A stretch of DNA of 64,000 bases from the human T2T-CHM13v2.0 reference genome, Homo sapiens. The notes below the pieces were generated by a model that ran no database searches, was not told the origin of the DNA, and was given only the letters and a program-made list of their open reading frames with translations. Of the stretch, positions 5,657-14,926 are shown one piece after another. Within the stretch, counting starts at the first letter, position 1; the number at the start of each line of letters is the position of its first letter. The DNA lies in the NCBI RefSeq assembly GCF_009914755.1, contig NC_060938.1; one strand, 5' to 3'. The position numbers and the translations under genes are program-made.

Positions 5657-8638
5657 ATGTCTGCACCTAAGAACAGTAGGGTCTTGTCTGGCTCTTCTTA
5701 TGAACGGTCCCCCAGCCCGGACTCCCCAAGGTCCATGCGAGCCTCACCCAGCTTCTCCCTCTCCCCTCTCAGAAACTCACGCTTAAGGGGAAGCTCCTCA
5801 CCAGGGATCCGGAGCTACCATTCACCATCCCCTAGGGCTTCACCACACTCACCTCTGTCATCACCAGAATCCCACAAGCTCCCATTTCCCTGTCCTCACC
5901 GTGATGGGCAATCAATAAAGCCATTGGGCTCTCCCGTGTCCTCCTCTGAGGAATCCTCAGAGTCCCCACGTTCATCAATAATATACCACATGTTCTTACT
6001 GCCATCACCCAGCAGCTCACCCCCAGCTCTCGGGGGGTCTCCTGTGTCTCCCAGCTACTCTCCAAACAACCCCAGATTTCAGCTGCGGTCAGCCCCCCAC
6101 ACCAAGGAATCACCTACAAACTCACGAGCCTCACTTTTCTCCACCCCTGTGTCTTTCATCTCTTCACCCCCAGGCCTCAGGGACTCTCCTGTGGCTCCCA
6201 GTTACTCTCCAGCCATCCCCAGGTTCCTGCGGGAGTCAGCCCCATACACCCAGGAGTCCCCCAGAGACTCACAAGTCTTGGGAGTTTATAAGCGGTCCCT
6301 CAGCCCTGACTCCTCAAGATTCATGCCTGCCTCACCCAGCTCCTCCCTCTCCCCTCCCAGAAACTCAGACCCAAGGGGCAGCTCCTCACCAGGGATGTGG
6401 AAGTCCTCTACATCATCCCGCAGGGCTTCACCACTCTCACATCCGTCATCAACAGAATTTCACAACTTTACGTTTCCCTTTCCTAACCAAGCAGGACAAT
6501 CACTCATGTCATTGTGTTCTCCCGTGACCTCCTCTGGAGATTCTTCACAGTCACCTCATTCATCAATAATATACCATATGTTCTTACTGCCATCATCCAG
6601 CAGCTCACCCCCAGCCACCCATGACTCTCCTGTCTGTCCCAGCTACTCTCCAACTACGCCCAGATTTCAGCGGGAGTCTGTACCCCACACCCCAGAAACA
6701 CCTACAAACTCACAGACCTCAGTGAGATCCTCGCCAGTCTCTCTCACGTCTTCACCCCCAGCCCTTACGGACCCTCCAGTCTGTCCCAGCTGCTCTCCAA
6801 CCACGCCCACATTTCAGCGCGGGTCAGTTCCAGGAACCCAGGGATCACCTCCAAGCCCACCGCTTTCACTGAGTTACTCCCCAGTCTCTAGCACGTCTTT
6901 ATCTCCAACCCTCAGGGACTCGCCTGTCTGTCCCAGCTACTCTCCAAACACGCCCACACTTCAGCGGGAGTCCGTTGCAGGCACCCAGAAGTCACCACCA
7001 AACTCACCAATTTCACTGCGTTACTCCCCAGTCTCTCTCATGTCTTCACCATCCCTCAGGGACTCTCCCGTCTGTCCCAGCTACTCTCCAACCACGCCCA
7101 CATTTCAGCTGGAGTCAGTTCCAGGCACCCCGGAATCACCACCAAACTCACCAATTTCACTCAGTTACTCCCCAGTCTCTAGCACGTCTTTATCTCCAAC
7201 CCTCAGGGACTCTCCTGTGTGTCCCAGCTACTCTCCAACCACGCCCACACTTCAGTGGGAGTCAGTTCCAGGCACCCAGGAATCACCACCAAACTCACCA
7301 ATTTCACTCAATTACTCTCCAGTCTCTCTCGTGTCTTCACCAGCCCTCAGGGACTCTCCTGTCTGTCCCAGCTACTCTACAACCACGCCCACATTTCAGC
7401 TGGAGTCAGTTCCAGGCACCCCGGAGTCACCACCAAACTCACCAGTTTCACTCAGTTACTCCTCGGTCTCTCTCATGTCTTCACCCCCAGCCCTCAGGGA
7501 CTCTCCTGTGCGTCCCAGCTACTCTCCAACCATGCCCAGATTCCAGCGGGAGTCAGTTCCAGGCACCCATGTATCACCACCAAACTCAGCAGTTTCACTG
7601 AGTTACTCCCCAGTCTCTCTCATGTCTTCACCCCCAGACCCCTGGGACTCTCCTGTCTGTCCCAGCTACTCTCCCACCACGCCCAGATTTCAGCGGCAGT
7701 CAGCCTCCCACACTCCGGAATCAGATACAGACTCACAGACTTCACTGAACTCCTCCCTGGTCTCTCTCAGGTCTTTGCCCTCATCCCACAGGGACTCTTG
7801 TGTCTCTTTCAGCTACTCTCAAAACTTCTCTAGATTCCAGCTGGAGTCAGTTCCAGGCACCCACGATACACCACCGAACTCACGAATTTCACTGACTTAC
7901 GCCCCAGTCTCCCTCATGTTCTCACCCCCAGCCCTCAGGGACTCTTCTGTCTCTCTCAGCTACTCTCCAACCATCTCCAGATTTCACCTGGAGTCAGCTT
8001 CCCACACCCTGGAATCACCTGCAAACTCACGGACCTTACTGCAACCATCCCCCATTTCTTTCACCTCTTCACCCCCTGCCTTCAGGGACTCTCCTGGGTC
8101 TCCCAGCTTCTCTCCAGCCTTCCCCAGATTTCTGCCACAGTCAGCCCCAGGCACCCAGGACAACCCTAGACACTCACAGGCCTCACCAGACTATCTCCCT
8201 ATGACCTGTACCTATACAGGGATGGCTCCCACGCATCCCTCAGTGACCCCAAACCCATCTCCACTTACACTCAGGCACTCCCAGGGCCTGACAGCTACTC
8301 CCCGTTATTGTCCTTCAGTTCGAAGCCCTGGCCAATCTACTAGCCCACATGACGCAGTTACCTGGCCATTTCTCCACGGTTCCCGGGAGGGCCCCACACC
8401 CAGCCGCACAAGAGCCCCTCCTGCATTCCGTCCTCACACGCAGGCCTGTCCATCTACTTGCTACTGTCACACTCTTGCCAGCAGAAGAGGCCCCTGTAAT
8501 GGCCGATATCACCACCCAGTCTATCCTCACCCCACAGCTGTGCAGCGGGAACCCCCTGCTGGCCCACGTGGCTGCCACAGCCCATGCTGGCACGACGCTC
8601 CAGCAGGTCGGCGTCCCTGCGGGCCAAACTACCGGTGA
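5657..8638 (+). CDS. 993-aa Ser/Pro-rich repeat protein (ACRO1-encoded, Pol II CTD-like motifs), copy 2
   Basis: Uninterrupted 2982-bp ORF; ATG in AAACATGT context; monomer length changes are multiples of 3. Confidence 0.6.
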   Translation: MSAPKNSRVLSGSSYERSPSPDSPRSMRASPSFSLSPLRNSRLRGSSSPGIRSYHSPSPRASPHSPLSSPESHKLPFPCPHRDGQSIKPLGSPVSSSEESSESPRSSIIYHMFLLPSPSSSPPALGGSPVSPSYSPNNPRFQLRSAPHTKESPTNSRASLFSTPVSFISSPPGLRDSPVAPSYSPAIPRFLRESAPYTQESPRDSQVLGVYKRSLSPDSSRFMPASPSSSLSPPRNSDPRGSSSPGMWKSSTSSRRASPLSHPSSTEFHNFTFPFPNQAGQSLMSLCSPVTSSGDSSQSPHSSIIYHMFLLPSSSSSPPATHDSPVCPSYSPTTPRFQRESVPHTPETPTNSQTSVRSSPVSLTSSPPALTDPPVCPSCSPTTPTFQRGSVPGTQGSPPSPPLSLSYSPVSSTSLSPTLRDSPVCPSYSPNTPTLQRESVAGTQKSPPNSPISLRYSPVSLMSSPSLRDSPVCPSYSPTTPTFQLESVPGTPESPPNSPISLSYSPVSSTSLSPTLRDSPVCPSYSPTTPTLQWESVPGTQESPPNSPISLNYSPVSLVSSPALRDSPVCPSYSTTTPTFQLESVPGTPESPPNSPVSLSYSSVSLMSSPPALRDSPVRPSYSPTMPRFQRESVPGTHVSPPNSAVSLSYSPVSLMSSPPDPWDSPVCPSYSPTTPRFQRQSASHTPESDTDSQTSLNSSLVSLRSLPSSHRDSCVSFSYSQNFSRFQLESVPGTHDTPPNSRISLTYAPVSLMFSPPALRDSSVSLSYSPTISRFHLESASHTLESPANSRTLLQPSPISFTSSPPAFRDSPGSPSFSPAFPRFLPQSAPGTQDNPRHSQASPDYLPMTCTYTGMAPTHPSVTPNPSPLTLRHSQGLTATPRYCPSVRSPGQSTSPHDAVTWPFLHGSREGPTPSRTRAPPAFRPHTQACPSTCYCHTLASRRGPCNGRYHHPVYPHPTAVQREPPAGPRGCHSPCWHDAPAGRRPCGPNYR
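6020..8200 (+). repeat. 147-bp ACRO1-type monomer array in unit 2 (complete example, including diverged 5' monomers)
   Basis: SYSP Tyr codons fall at aa 134, 183, 330, 379, 428 and onward, in 49-aa (147-bp) phase. Confidence 0.85.
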
Positions 8639-11587
8639 CATGTCTAGCGTCACCCTCCTTCCTGGCAGTGACACTGTTGATGTGAACCCCAATTTCACAT
8701 CTGTCATTTGTAAATAGGACCATTTTCCCTTTTCGCTCTCCCTTCCATTCACAGGGCTTTTCATTCTCTCTGTTACTGCCTCCGTTTCAGATATTTACTC
8801 ACCTTTTTCTCTCTCACTATGTCTGCCGTGGGCTCCATGAGAGTGCGCCACATAAGATTCCCCCATTAAAAGTCATGAATTGAGTGGCTTTTAGTATACC
8901 TGTGGTTGTGCACATTCAAATTTAATTCGCATTTCATTGTAGAACGTCTTATCACTCCCGGCCAGAGAAAAACCCTGTAGACATTAGTCACTCCTCATTC
9001 TGTCTCAAACCCTCTCCCTCACCCGCAGCCCTAGGTAGCAACTACCTAGTGCGATCAATCCCATATGCATAGATTACCATATTGTGGACATTTCCTATAA
9101 GCGGAATTGCACAATAGGGGAGCTGTTATGACTGACATAACACGTAACACAATATTTTCAAGATTCGTCCACATTGTAGGCTTACCCACAGGGGGAAACC
9201 ATTTTTTTGGGGGCTTTTAGTAACACCGGTGTTTTCTCCTTCGTTACGTCCTTCTTTCCTTCCTTCCTTCCTTCCTTCCTTCCTTCCTTCCTGACTTCCT
9301 TCTTTCCTTCCCTCCTTCCTCCTATTTCTCTCTTACTCCTTCTGCCCTCTCTCTTTCCTATGCCTTAGGTGCATCCCACATTCTGCGTTTTTTTGGGGAA
9401 ATCCTCGACAGGTGCAGGAAAATTGTGTTATTGTAACTATTTACCGTTATCTCTCTTTCACGGCTCTCCATCAGTTGTGAATATCTATTGGTTTATCCCA
9501 AGTCTCTAAGCATATTTTCATTAGGTAAACCTGTTTTTCCTTATACAGCTGTTTCTGGAGTATAGGGTCGCATACTCATAAACCCAGTGTAACTCAGAAA
9601 CGCATCTAATATTCCAGTAAACCCATCATAACGTTGAAAAATCGTAAATCAAACCATCATAAGTCACGGTTTGTCCGTGGATATGGGCCTCATCAATTCC
9701 ATTGTATTCAGTAATGCTGTACACCATTAACAATGGCAGACTGATTGGGAGTGGATATTGATAGCATTATAAAAGTCAGTTATTAGAGGGATACTTCTTT
9801 AACCTGACTGAAGAACTGATCTAATGGCTTTAGTACAGTGCATGATTATGTGCGATGTTTTGAGACAGAGTAGTACAATTGTGAATGAAATTTTATGGCT
9901 TTTTTTTCACTTAGTAGGAACCATTGTGTGTGGAAAAGTGAGAAAATGGCTTTCTGCTGTAGGGTCTGGCATTCATTGTAGATGTAAGCTGATTTTTCTG
10001 TGAGCAAATCTTATTCAATAAAATACTACTCTTTATACTAAAAAACAAAAACAGTGGTGATGTGTGGTCATTATCCTCAACAAACTTATCCAGGGAAAGA
10101 AAACCAAACGCCACAACTCACTTATAATGGGAGCTGAAAAATGAGATCCCATGGACACAGGAAGGGGAACAACACACACTGGGGCCTTCCGGGAGACAGA
10201 GCGTTAAGAAAAACAGCTACTGCATGCTGGGCTTAATACCTAGGTGATGGGTTGACAGGTGCAGCAAACCACCATGGCACACGTTTACCTTAGTAACAAA
10301 TCTGCACATCCTGCACATATACCCCAGAACTTAGGAACGAAACGAAACAAAAGACAACGAAAAAGCAACAGCAAAACGCTAAAGGCAAAATAAAGTTTCA
10401 AACTGAGAAAGTGACAGACCAAAGTCTGGTTCAAATCATGGATCCCAGCCCAGGTGCCATAAGGTCAGGATAAAGGATGTGATTACATATTGTCAATAAG
10501 ACATGCAGCAAATGACCAGAATGATTATTCTCAACATATATGTGTCTTCTAATTCAATGGTGACGCTATCTACCGGGACATAGCATTAGATTCCAAAGGG
10601 CCGAGACCCGCCAGACAGGCCTCCCACACTAATAACAATGGGAAGCCCTACGTTGCTTTACCTGTGCTTCTCAGCCACTGGCTATAAATCAGGTTGCCAC
10701 CACTCCCAGATTTAGTTGCATTCATTTGCTGGAAGAGCTCACAGCACGCACGGAAACACTTACATTTGCCGTTGTATTTTAGCGGACATTGCACAAAGTT
10801 CAGAAATAAATGTGGGGCCCGGCATGTGGGGAGGGGCGCACTACCTTCCAGGAAGTGCTATCCAGAAGCTCTCTGAACCCAGTCCTTTTGGGTTTTGATG
10901 GAGACCTCATTCTATAGGCATGATGGGTTAAACCATAGGCTATTGGTGATCAACTCCACCTGGGGCTCTCCACCCTCCCTGGAAATTGGGGTTGAGGCTT
11001 TGCCATCCTCAGTCTGACTAAAAGAATTTACCCAAACGGAATTTTAAAACAGATGAGCATAACTGGAATCTTAATTAGATGATTGGATTATCTGGAGCCA
11101 CACCTTGATATTCCTAACCCGAGCACCCTCATCCAACGAATGCTCCACCCAACTGGCTCCCAAGTCTCTACGTGGTTCCAGAGCAAAAGGATGTTGATAC
11201 AACGCATATCTCCACCTTTTCTTCCAAGTCTTTTCGCTTACACGGAAAGACTTCTTCAACTGCCATGCATCAGGGTCAGGGGGAGGTCTTGTTACAACAC
11301 AGATCTGCGGATCTCCGGCGTTTGACTGTGGCAAGGATGCTGCTGGTGTCAAAACCACAACGTGGGAACCACAGAACCACTAGTGGGTTTTCAGTGTTTC
11401 AGTGCATACAATTCCTAATATATCTGGCTAAGAAAACTTGTAAGTTCTTAGATTGTCCCAAAGGTGGCGCACGAAATCAAAGCAGGAGAACAGTTTCCTA
11501 CGAGGTGTAGCCTGGGAAAGTTGGGGGTGACTGATGGAAAGGAGGAGTGAAGCTCCACCCTTTCCGCTGCTAGGCTGCGCCCGAGGC

Positions 11588-11623
11588 TATTTAAACCCAC
11601 CCTGGCTGGCCTGTACTCAGATC
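11588..11623 (+). promoter_or_regulatory. TATA box (TATTTAAA) plus initiator (TCAGATC) upstream of copy 3
   Basis: The TATA begins 31 bp upstream of the Inr A at 11619, which is canonical spacing. Confidence 0.5.
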
Positions 11624-11744
11624 TTCGCGGAGCGGATCAGCGGCCGGAGCGTTTGGCGGACTCTGCGTGGACATGGAGCTCACAGCGTCTTGCGACTTGG
11701 AAGCGGATTCAGAGGACAGGACAGAACACTTGGACAAGTGAATC

Positions 11745-11775
<31 letters not shown>

Positions 11776-11944
11776 CATTGGTTGGTTGATTTCCATTTTC
11801 TTAAGGGGCACATACCTCACACCGCACACACACAAACACACACACGCACACACACACACACACGCACACACACGCACACACACTCCTTCCTTCTGCGAGT
11901 TAGAACATTAGTAGGGGCCCCTGGGAGCTGCAGGTTTCCTAAAC

Positions 11945-14926
11945 ATGTCTGCACCTAAGAACAGTAGGGTCTTGTCTGGCTCTTCTTATGAACGGTCCCC
12001 CAGCCCGGACTCCCCAAGGTCCATGCGAGCCTCACCCAGCTTCTCCCTCTCCCCTCTCAGAAACTCAGGCTTAAGGGGAAGCTCCTCACCAGGGATCGGG
12101 AGCTACCATTCACCATCCCCTAGGGCTTCACCACACTCACCTCTGTCATCACCAGAATCCCACAAGCTCCCATTTCCCTGTCCTCACCGTGATGGGCAAT
12201 CAATAAAGCCATTGGGCTCTCCCGTGTCCTCCTCTGAGGAATCCTCAGAGTCCCCACGTTCATCAATAATATACCACATGTTCTTACTGCCATCACCCAG
12301 CAGCTCACCCCCAGCTCTCGGGGGGTCTCCTGTGTCTCCCAGCTACTCTCCAAACAACCCCAGATTTCAGCTGCGGTCAGCCCCCCACACCAAGGAATCA
12401 CCTACAAACTCACGAGCCTCACTTTTCTCCACCCCTGTGTCTTTCATCTCTTCACCCCCAGGCCTCAGGGACCCTCCTGTGGCTCCCAGTTACTCTCCAG
12501 CCATCCCCAGGTTCCTGCGCGAGTCAGCCCCATACACCCAGGAGTCCCCCAGAGACTCACAGGTCTTGGGAGATTATGAGCGGTCCCTCAGCCCTGACTC
12601 CTCAAGATTCATGCCTGCCTCACCCAGCTTCTCCCTCTCCCCTCCAAGAAACTCAGACCCAAGGGGCAGCTCCTCACCAGGGATGTGGAAGTCCTCTACA
12701 TCATCCCGCAGGGCTTCACCACTCTCACATCCGTCATCAACAGAATTCCACAACTTTACGTTTCCCTTTCCTAACCAAGCAGGACAGTCACTCATGTCAT
12801 TGTGTTCTCCCGTGACCTCCTCTGGAGATTCTTCACAGTCACCTCATTCATCAATGATATACCATATGTTCTTACTGCCATCATCCAGCAGCTCACCCCC
12901 AGCCACCCATGACTCTCCTGTCTGTCCCAGCTACTCTCCAACTACGCCCAGATTTCAGCGGGAGTCTCTACCCCACACCCCAGAAACACCTACAAACTCA
13001 CAGACCTCAGTGAGATCCTCGCCAGTCTCTCTCACGTCTTCACCCCCAGCCCTTACGGACCCTCCAGTCTGTCCCAGCTACTCTCCAACCACGCCCACAT
13101 TTCAGCGCGGGTCAGTTCCAGGAACCCAGGGATCACCACCAAGCCCACCGCTTTCACTGAGTTACTCCCCAGTCTCTAGCACGTCTTTATCTCCAACCCT
13201 CAGGGACTCGCCTGTCTGTCCCAGCTACTCTCCAAACACGCCCACACTTCAGCGGGAGTCCGTTGCAGGCACCCAGAAGTCACCACCAAACTCACCAATT
13301 TCACTGCGTTACTCCCCAGTCTCTCTCATGTCTTCACCATCCCTCAGGGACTCTCCCGTCTGTCCCAGCTACTCTCCAACCACGCCCACATTTCAGCTGG
13401 AGTCAGTTCCAGGCACCCCGGAATCACCACCAAACTCACCAATTTCACTCAGTTACTCCCCAGTCTCTAGCACGTCTTTATCTCCAACCCTCAGGGACTC
13501 TCCTGTGTGTCCCAGCTACTCTCCAACCACGCCCACACTTCAGCGGGAGTCAGTTCCAGGCACCCAGGAATCACCACCAAACTCACCAATTTCACTCAAT
13601 TACTCTCCAGTCTCTCTCGTGTCTTCACCAGCCCTCAGGGACTCTCCTGTCTGTCCCAGCTACTCTACAACCACGCCCACATTTCAGCTGGAGTCAGTTC
13701 CAGGCACCCCGGAGTCACCACCAAACTCACCAGTTTCACTCAGTTACTCCTCGGTCTCTCTCATGTCTTCACCCCCAGCCCTCAGGGACTCTCCTGTGCG
13801 TCCCAGCTACTCTCCAACCATGCCCAGATTCCAGCGGGAGTCAGTTCCAGGCACCCATGTATCACCACCAAACTCAGCAGTTTCACTGAGTTACTCCCCA
13901 GTCTCTCTCATGTCTTCACCCCCAGACCCCTGGGACTCTCCTGTCTGTCCCAGCTACTCTCCCACCACGCCCAGATTTCAGCGGCAGTCAGCCTCCCACA
14001 CTCCGGAATCAGATACAGACTCACAGACTTCACTGAACTCCTCCCTGGTCTCTCTCAGGTCTTTGCCCTCATCCCACAGGGACTCTTGTGTCTCTTTCAG
14101 CTACTCTCAAAACTTCTCTAGATTCCAGCTGGAGTCAGTTCCAGGCACCCACGATACACCACCGAACTCACGAATTTCACTGACTTACGCCCCAGTCTCC
14201 CTCATGTTCTCACCCCCAGCCCTCAGGGACTCTTCTGTCTCTCTCAGCTACTCTCCAACCATCTCCAGATTTCACCTGGAGTCAGCTTCCCACACCCTGG
14301 AATCACCTGCAAACTCACGGACCTTACTGCAACCATCCCCCATTTCTTTCACCTCTTCACCCCCTGCCTTCAGGGACTCTCCTGGGTCTCCCAGCTTCTC
14401 TCCAGCCTTCCCCAGATTTCTGCCACAGTCAGCCCCAGGCACCCAGGACAACCCTAGACACTCACAGGCCTCACCAGACTATCTCCCTATGACCTGTACC
14501 TATACAGGGATGGCTCCCACGCATCCCTCAGTGACCCCAAACCCATCTCCACTTACACTCAGGCACTCCCAGGGCCTGACAGCTACTCCCCGTTATTGTC
14601 CTTCAGTTCGAAGCCCTGGCCAATCTACTAGCCCACATGACGCAGTTACCTGGCCATTTCTCCACGGTTCCCGGGAGGGCCCCACACCCAGCCGCACAAG
14701 AGCCCCTCCTGCATTCCGTCCTCACACGCAGGCCTGTCCATCTACTTGCTACTGTCACACTCTTGCCAGCAGAAGAGGCCCCTGTAATGGCCGATATCAC
14801 CACCCAGTCTATCCTCACCCCACAGCTGTGCAGCGGGAACCCCCTGCTGGCCCACGTGGCTGCCACAGCCCATGCTGGCACGACGCTCCAGCAGGTCGGC
14901 GTCCCTGCGGGTCAAACTACCGGTGA
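11945..14926 (+). CDS. 993-aa Ser/Pro-rich repeat protein, copy 3 (has upstream TATTTAAA)
   Basis: Intact 2982-bp ORF; TATTTAAA at 11588-11595. Confidence 0.62.
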   Translation: MSAPKNSRVLSGSSYERSPSPDSPRSMRASPSFSLSPLRNSGLRGSSSPGIGSYHSPSPRASPHSPLSSPESHKLPFPCPHRDGQSIKPLGSPVSSSEESSESPRSSIIYHMFLLPSPSSSPPALGGSPVSPSYSPNNPRFQLRSAPHTKESPTNSRASLFSTPVSFISSPPGLRDPPVAPSYSPAIPRFLRESAPYTQESPRDSQVLGDYERSLSPDSSRFMPASPSFSLSPPRNSDPRGSSSPGMWKSSTSSRRASPLSHPSSTEFHNFTFPFPNQAGQSLMSLCSPVTSSGDSSQSPHSSMIYHMFLLPSSSSSPPATHDSPVCPSYSPTTPRFQRESLPHTPETPTNSQTSVRSSPVSLTSSPPALTDPPVCPSYSPTTPTFQRGSVPGTQGSPPSPPLSLSYSPVSSTSLSPTLRDSPVCPSYSPNTPTLQRESVAGTQKSPPNSPISLRYSPVSLMSSPSLRDSPVCPSYSPTTPTFQLESVPGTPESPPNSPISLSYSPVSSTSLSPTLRDSPVCPSYSPTTPTLQRESVPGTQESPPNSPISLNYSPVSLVSSPALRDSPVCPSYSTTTPTFQLESVPGTPESPPNSPVSLSYSSVSLMSSPPALRDSPVRPSYSPTMPRFQRESVPGTHVSPPNSAVSLSYSPVSLMSSPPDPWDSPVCPSYSPTTPRFQRQSASHTPESDTDSQTSLNSSLVSLRSLPSSHRDSCVSFSYSQNFSRFQLESVPGTHDTPPNSRISLTYAPVSLMFSPPALRDSSVSLSYSPTISRFHLESASHTLESPANSRTLLQPSPISFTSSPPAFRDSPGSPSFSPAFPRFLPQSAPGTQDNPRHSQASPDYLPMTCTYTGMAPTHPSVTPNPSPLTLRHSQGLTATPRYCPSVRSPGQSTSPHDAVTWPFLHGSREGPTPSRTRAPPAFRPHTQACPSTCYCHTLASRRGPCNGRYHHPVYPHPTAVQREPPAGPRGCHSPCWHDAPAGRRPCGSNYR

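Noticed and set aside
5246-5670. 125-aa, 101-aa and 67-aa ORFs with LSVC and HT repeats
   Set aside because: Translations of (TCTG)n and (CA)n; the frame shifts between units with microsatellite length.
5657-8638. Mucin-like (PTS-repeat) secreted protein
   Set aside because: No signal peptide or transmembrane segment is visible, and SP/YSP motifs dominate rather than Thr-rich O-glycosylation repeats.
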